A model generated the notes under the pieces. The model was not told where the DNA came from and ran no database searches. It worked only from the letters and a program-made list of their open reading frames with translations. From positions 186,001 through 250,000 of the forward strand of contig OZ024742.1 of assembly GCA_964016885.1 (NCBI GenBank): DNA of 64,000 nucleotides, written 5' to 3'. Within the stretch, counting starts at the first letter, position 1. Each line of letters starts with the position of its first letter. A program made the translations under genes and the position numbers. The DNA comes from Eledone cirrhosa (Eukaryota). Below, one piece after another: positions 60,471 to 64,000 of this stretch.

Positions 60471-63400
60471 TGTCGGTGGTGGGGTCGGTAGGGGGTGGAG
60501 GTGGTGGAGGTGGTGGGATCAGTAGTGGGGTGGATGTAGTGGGGTCATAGGGGGTGGAGGTGGTGGGGACAGTAGTGGGGTGGAGGTGGTGGGGTCAGTA
60601 GTGGGGTGGATGTAGTGGGCGTCAGTAGCGGGGTGGAGGTTGTGGGGACAGTAGTGGGGTGTGTGGTGGGGTCACATAGGGGGTGGAGGTGGTGGGGTCA
60701 GTTGGGGTGTTGGAGGTGGTGGGGTCTGTAGGGGGGTGGAGGTGGTGGGGTCAGTAGGGGTGTTGGAGGTGGTGGGGGTCAGTAGTGGGGTGGAGGTGGT
60801 GGGGTCAGTAGGGGTGTTGGAGGTGGTGGGGTCAGTAGGGGGTGGAGGTGGTGGGGTCAGTAGGGGTGTTGGAGGTGGTGGGGTCAGTAGGGAGTGGAGG
60901 TGGTGGGGGTCAGTAGTGGGGTGGAGGTGGTGGGGTCAGTAGGGGTGTTGGAGGTGGTGGGGTCAGTAGGGGCTGGAGGTGGTGGCGGTCAGTAGTGGGG
61001 TGGAGGTGGTGGCGGTCAGTAGTGGGGTGGAGGTGGTGGCGGTCAGTAGTGGGGTGGAGGTGGTGGGGTCAGTAGGGGTGTTGGAGGTGGTGGGGGTCAG
61101 TAGTGGGGTGGAGGTGGTGGGGTCAGTAGGGGTGTTGGAGATGTTGGGGTCAGTAGGGGGTGGAGGTGGTGGGGGTCAGTAGTGGGGTGGAGGTGGTGGG
61201 GTCAGTAGCGGGGTGGAGGTGCTGGCGTCAGTAGTGGGGTGGAGGTGGTGGGGGTCAGTAGTGGGGTGGAGGTGGTGGGGTCAGTAGCGGGGTGGAGGTG
61301 TTGGGGTCAGTAGGGGGTTGGAGATGGTGGGGGTCAGTAATGGGGTGGAGGTGCTGGGGTCAGTGGTGGGGGTCAGTAATGGGGTGGAGGTGGTGGGGTC
61401 AGTAGGGCGTGGAGGTGGTGGGGGTCAGTAGTGGGGTGGAGGTGGTGGGGACAGTAGCGGGGTGGAGGTGGTGGGGGTCAGTAAGGGGGTTGGAGATGGT
61501 GGGGACAGTAGTGGGGTGGAGGTGGTGGGGACAGTAGTGGGGTGGAGGTGGTGGCGTCAGTATCGGGGTGGAGGTGGTGGGGGTCAGTAGTGGGGTGGAG
61601 GTGGTGGGGACAGTAGCGGGGTGGAGGTGGTGGGGACAGTAGCGGGGTGGAGGTGGTGGCGGTCAGTATCGGGGTGGAGGTGGTGGGGGTCACTAGTGGG
61701 GTGGAGGTGGTGGGGACAGTAGTGGGGTGGAGGTGGTGGGGTCAGTAGTGGGGTGGAGGTGGTGGGGACAGTAGTGGGGTGGAGGTGGTGGGGACAGTAG
61801 CGGGGTGGAGGTGGTGGCGTCAGTATCGGGGTGGAGGTGGTGGGTGTCAGTAGTGGGGTGGAGGTGGTGGGGACAGTAGCGGAGTGGAGGTGGTGGGGAC
61901 AGTAGCGGGGTGGAGGTGGTGGGGTCAGTAGAGGGGGTGGAGGTGGTGGGGGTTAGTAGTGGGGTGGAGGTGGTGGGGACAGTAGTGGGGTGGAGGTGGT
62001 GGGAACAGTAGCGGGGTGGAGGTGGTGGGGACAGTAGTGGGGTGGAGGTGGTGGGGGTTAGTAGTGGGGTGGAGGTGGTGGGGACAGTAGTGGGGTGGAG
62101 GTGGTGGGAACAGTAGTGGGGTGGAGGTGGTGGGGACAGTAGTGGGGTGGAGGTGGTGGGGACAGTAGCGGGGTGGAGGTGGTGGGGACAGTAGTGGGGT
62201 GGAGGTGGTGGGGGTTAGTAGTGGGGTGGAGGTGGTGGGGACAGTAGTGGGGTGGAGGTGGTGGGGACAGTAGTGGGGTGGAGGTGGTGGGGACAGTAGC
62301 GGGGTGGAGGTGGTGGGGACAGTAGTGGGGTGGAGGTGGTGGGGACAGTAGTGGGGTGGAGGTGGTGGGGGTTAGTAGTGGGGTGGAGGTGGTGGGGACA
62401 GTAGTGGGGTGGAGGTGGTGGGGACAGTAGTGGGGTGGAGGTGGTGGGGACAGTAGCGGGGTGGAGGTGGTGGGAACAGTAGTGGGGTGGAGGTGGTGGG
62501 GACAGTAGCGGGGTGGAGGTGGTGGGGACAGTAGCGGGGTGGAGGTGGTGGGGACAGTAGCGGGGTGGAGGTGGTGGGGACAGTAGTGGAGTGGAGGTGG
62601 TGGGGGTTAGTAGCGGGGTGGAGGTGGTGGGGACAGTAGCGGGGTGGAGGTGTCGGCGACATTAGCGGGGTGGAGGCGGTGGGGTCAATAGCGGGGTGGA
62701 GGTGGTGGGGACAGTAGCGGGGTGGAGGTGTCGGCGACATTAGCGGGGTGGAGGCGGTGGGGTCAATAGCGGGGTGGAGGTGGTGGGGACAGTAGCGGGG
62801 TGGAGGTGGTGGGGACAGTAGCGGGGTGGAGGTGGTGGGGACAGTAGCGGGGTGGAGGTGGTGGGGACAGTAGCGGGGTGGAGGTGGTGGGGACAGTAGC
62901 GGGGTGGAGGTGGTGGGGACAGTAGTGGGGTGGAGGTGGTGGGGACAGTAGCGGGGTGGAGGTGGTGGGGACAGTAGCGGGGTGGAGGTGGTGGGGGTCA
63001 GTAGTGGGGTGGAGGTGGTGGGGGTCAGTAGTGGGGTGGAGGTGGTGGGGGACAGTAGTGGGGTGGAGGTGGTGGGGACAGTAGTGGGGTGGAGGTGGTG
63101 GGGACAGTAGTGGGGTGGAGGTGGTGGGGACAGTAGCGGGGTGGAGGTGGTGGGGACAGTAGCGGGGTGGAGGTGGTGGGGACAGTAGTGGGGTGGAGGT
63201 GGTGGGGACAGTAGTGGGGTGGAGGTGGTGGGGACAGTAGTGGGGTGGAGGTGGTGGGGACAGTAGCGGGGTGGAGGTGGTGGGGACAGTAGCGGGGTGG
63301 AGGTGGTGGGGACAGTAGCGGGGTGGAGGTGGTGGGGACAGTAGTGGGGTGGAGGTGGTGGGGACAGTAGCGGGGTGGAGGTGGTGGGGACAGTAGTGGG

Positions 63401-64000
63401 GTGGAGGTGGTGGGGACAGTAGCGGGATGGAGGTGGTGGGGGTCAGTAGTGGGGTGGAGGTGGTGGGGACAGTAGTGGGGTGGAGGTGGTGGGGACAGTA
63501 GTGGGGTGGAGGTGGTGGGGACAGTAGTGGGGTGGAGGTGGTGGGGGTCAGTAGTGGGGTGGAGGTGGTGGGGACAGTAGTGGGGTGGAGGTGGTGGGGA
63601 CAGTAGTGGGGTGGAGGTGGTGGGGACAGTAGTGGGGTGGAGGTGGTGGGGACAGTAGCGGGGTGGAGGTGGTGGGGACAGTAGCGGGGTGGAGGTGGTG
63701 GGGACAGTAGCGGGGTGGAGGTGGTGGGGACAGTAGTGGGGTGGAGGTGGTGGGGACAGTAGTGGGGTGGAGGTGGTGGGGACAGTAGCGGGGTGGAGGT
63801 GGTGGGGACAGTAGTGGGGTGGAGGTGGTGGGGGTCAGTAGTGGGGTGGAGGTGGTGGGGACAGTAGTGGGGTGGAGGTGGTGGGGACAGTAGTGGGGTG
63901 GAGGTGGTGGGGACAGTAGTGGGGTGGAGGTGGTGGGGACAGTAGCGGGGTGGAGGTGGTGGGGACAGTAGCGGGGTGGAGGTGGTGGGGACAGTAGTGG
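60470..64000. repeat. 26-bp G-rich minisatellite (GTAGYGGGGTGGAGGTGGTGGGGACA); continues beyond the right edge
   Basis: Direct periodicity; two GGGG runs per unit. Confidence 0.97.

Noticed and set aside
55904-62740. Long V/W/C/G-rich and H/T/P-rich ORFs
   Set aside because: Artefacts of G/T-only low-complexity sequence.
60470-64000. Telomere
   Set aside because: G-rich but not a TTAGGG array; a subtelomeric position cannot be judged from this window.

Overview
Repeat-dominated animal genomic DNA; the SINE, MITE and RTE repertoire suggests an octopus or other coleoid cephalopod (inference). More than half of the window is tandem repeat, in about ten unrelated arrays (units of 37, 22/24, 72, 43, 24, 48, 51, 31/19, 66 and 26 bp plus a degenerate GGT/GTGTT tract), so nearly all short ORFs in the track are artefacts. 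One host gene is clear: a minus-strand TRIM-NHL E3 ligase (RING, B-box, coiled coil, filamin, NHL) whose CDS is a single 2031-bp exon, with candidate upstream micro-exons. There is one intact, TSD-flanked RTE-clade LINE whose reverse transcriptase carries an in-frame PHD-type (C4HC3) zinc finger, two truncated inverted relatives, and many short tail-sharing copies, mostly at (TA)n tracts. Also present: two tRNA-derived SINE families, Helitron-type and TTAA (piggyBac-type) non-autonomous elements, and relics of CRE-like and R4/Dong-like retrotransposons. Best leads: (1) the PHD-RT LINE and its (TA)n targeting, (2) satellites arising from transposon sequence, (3) a possible upstream ORF whose stop overlaps the TRIM start (GTATGATG).
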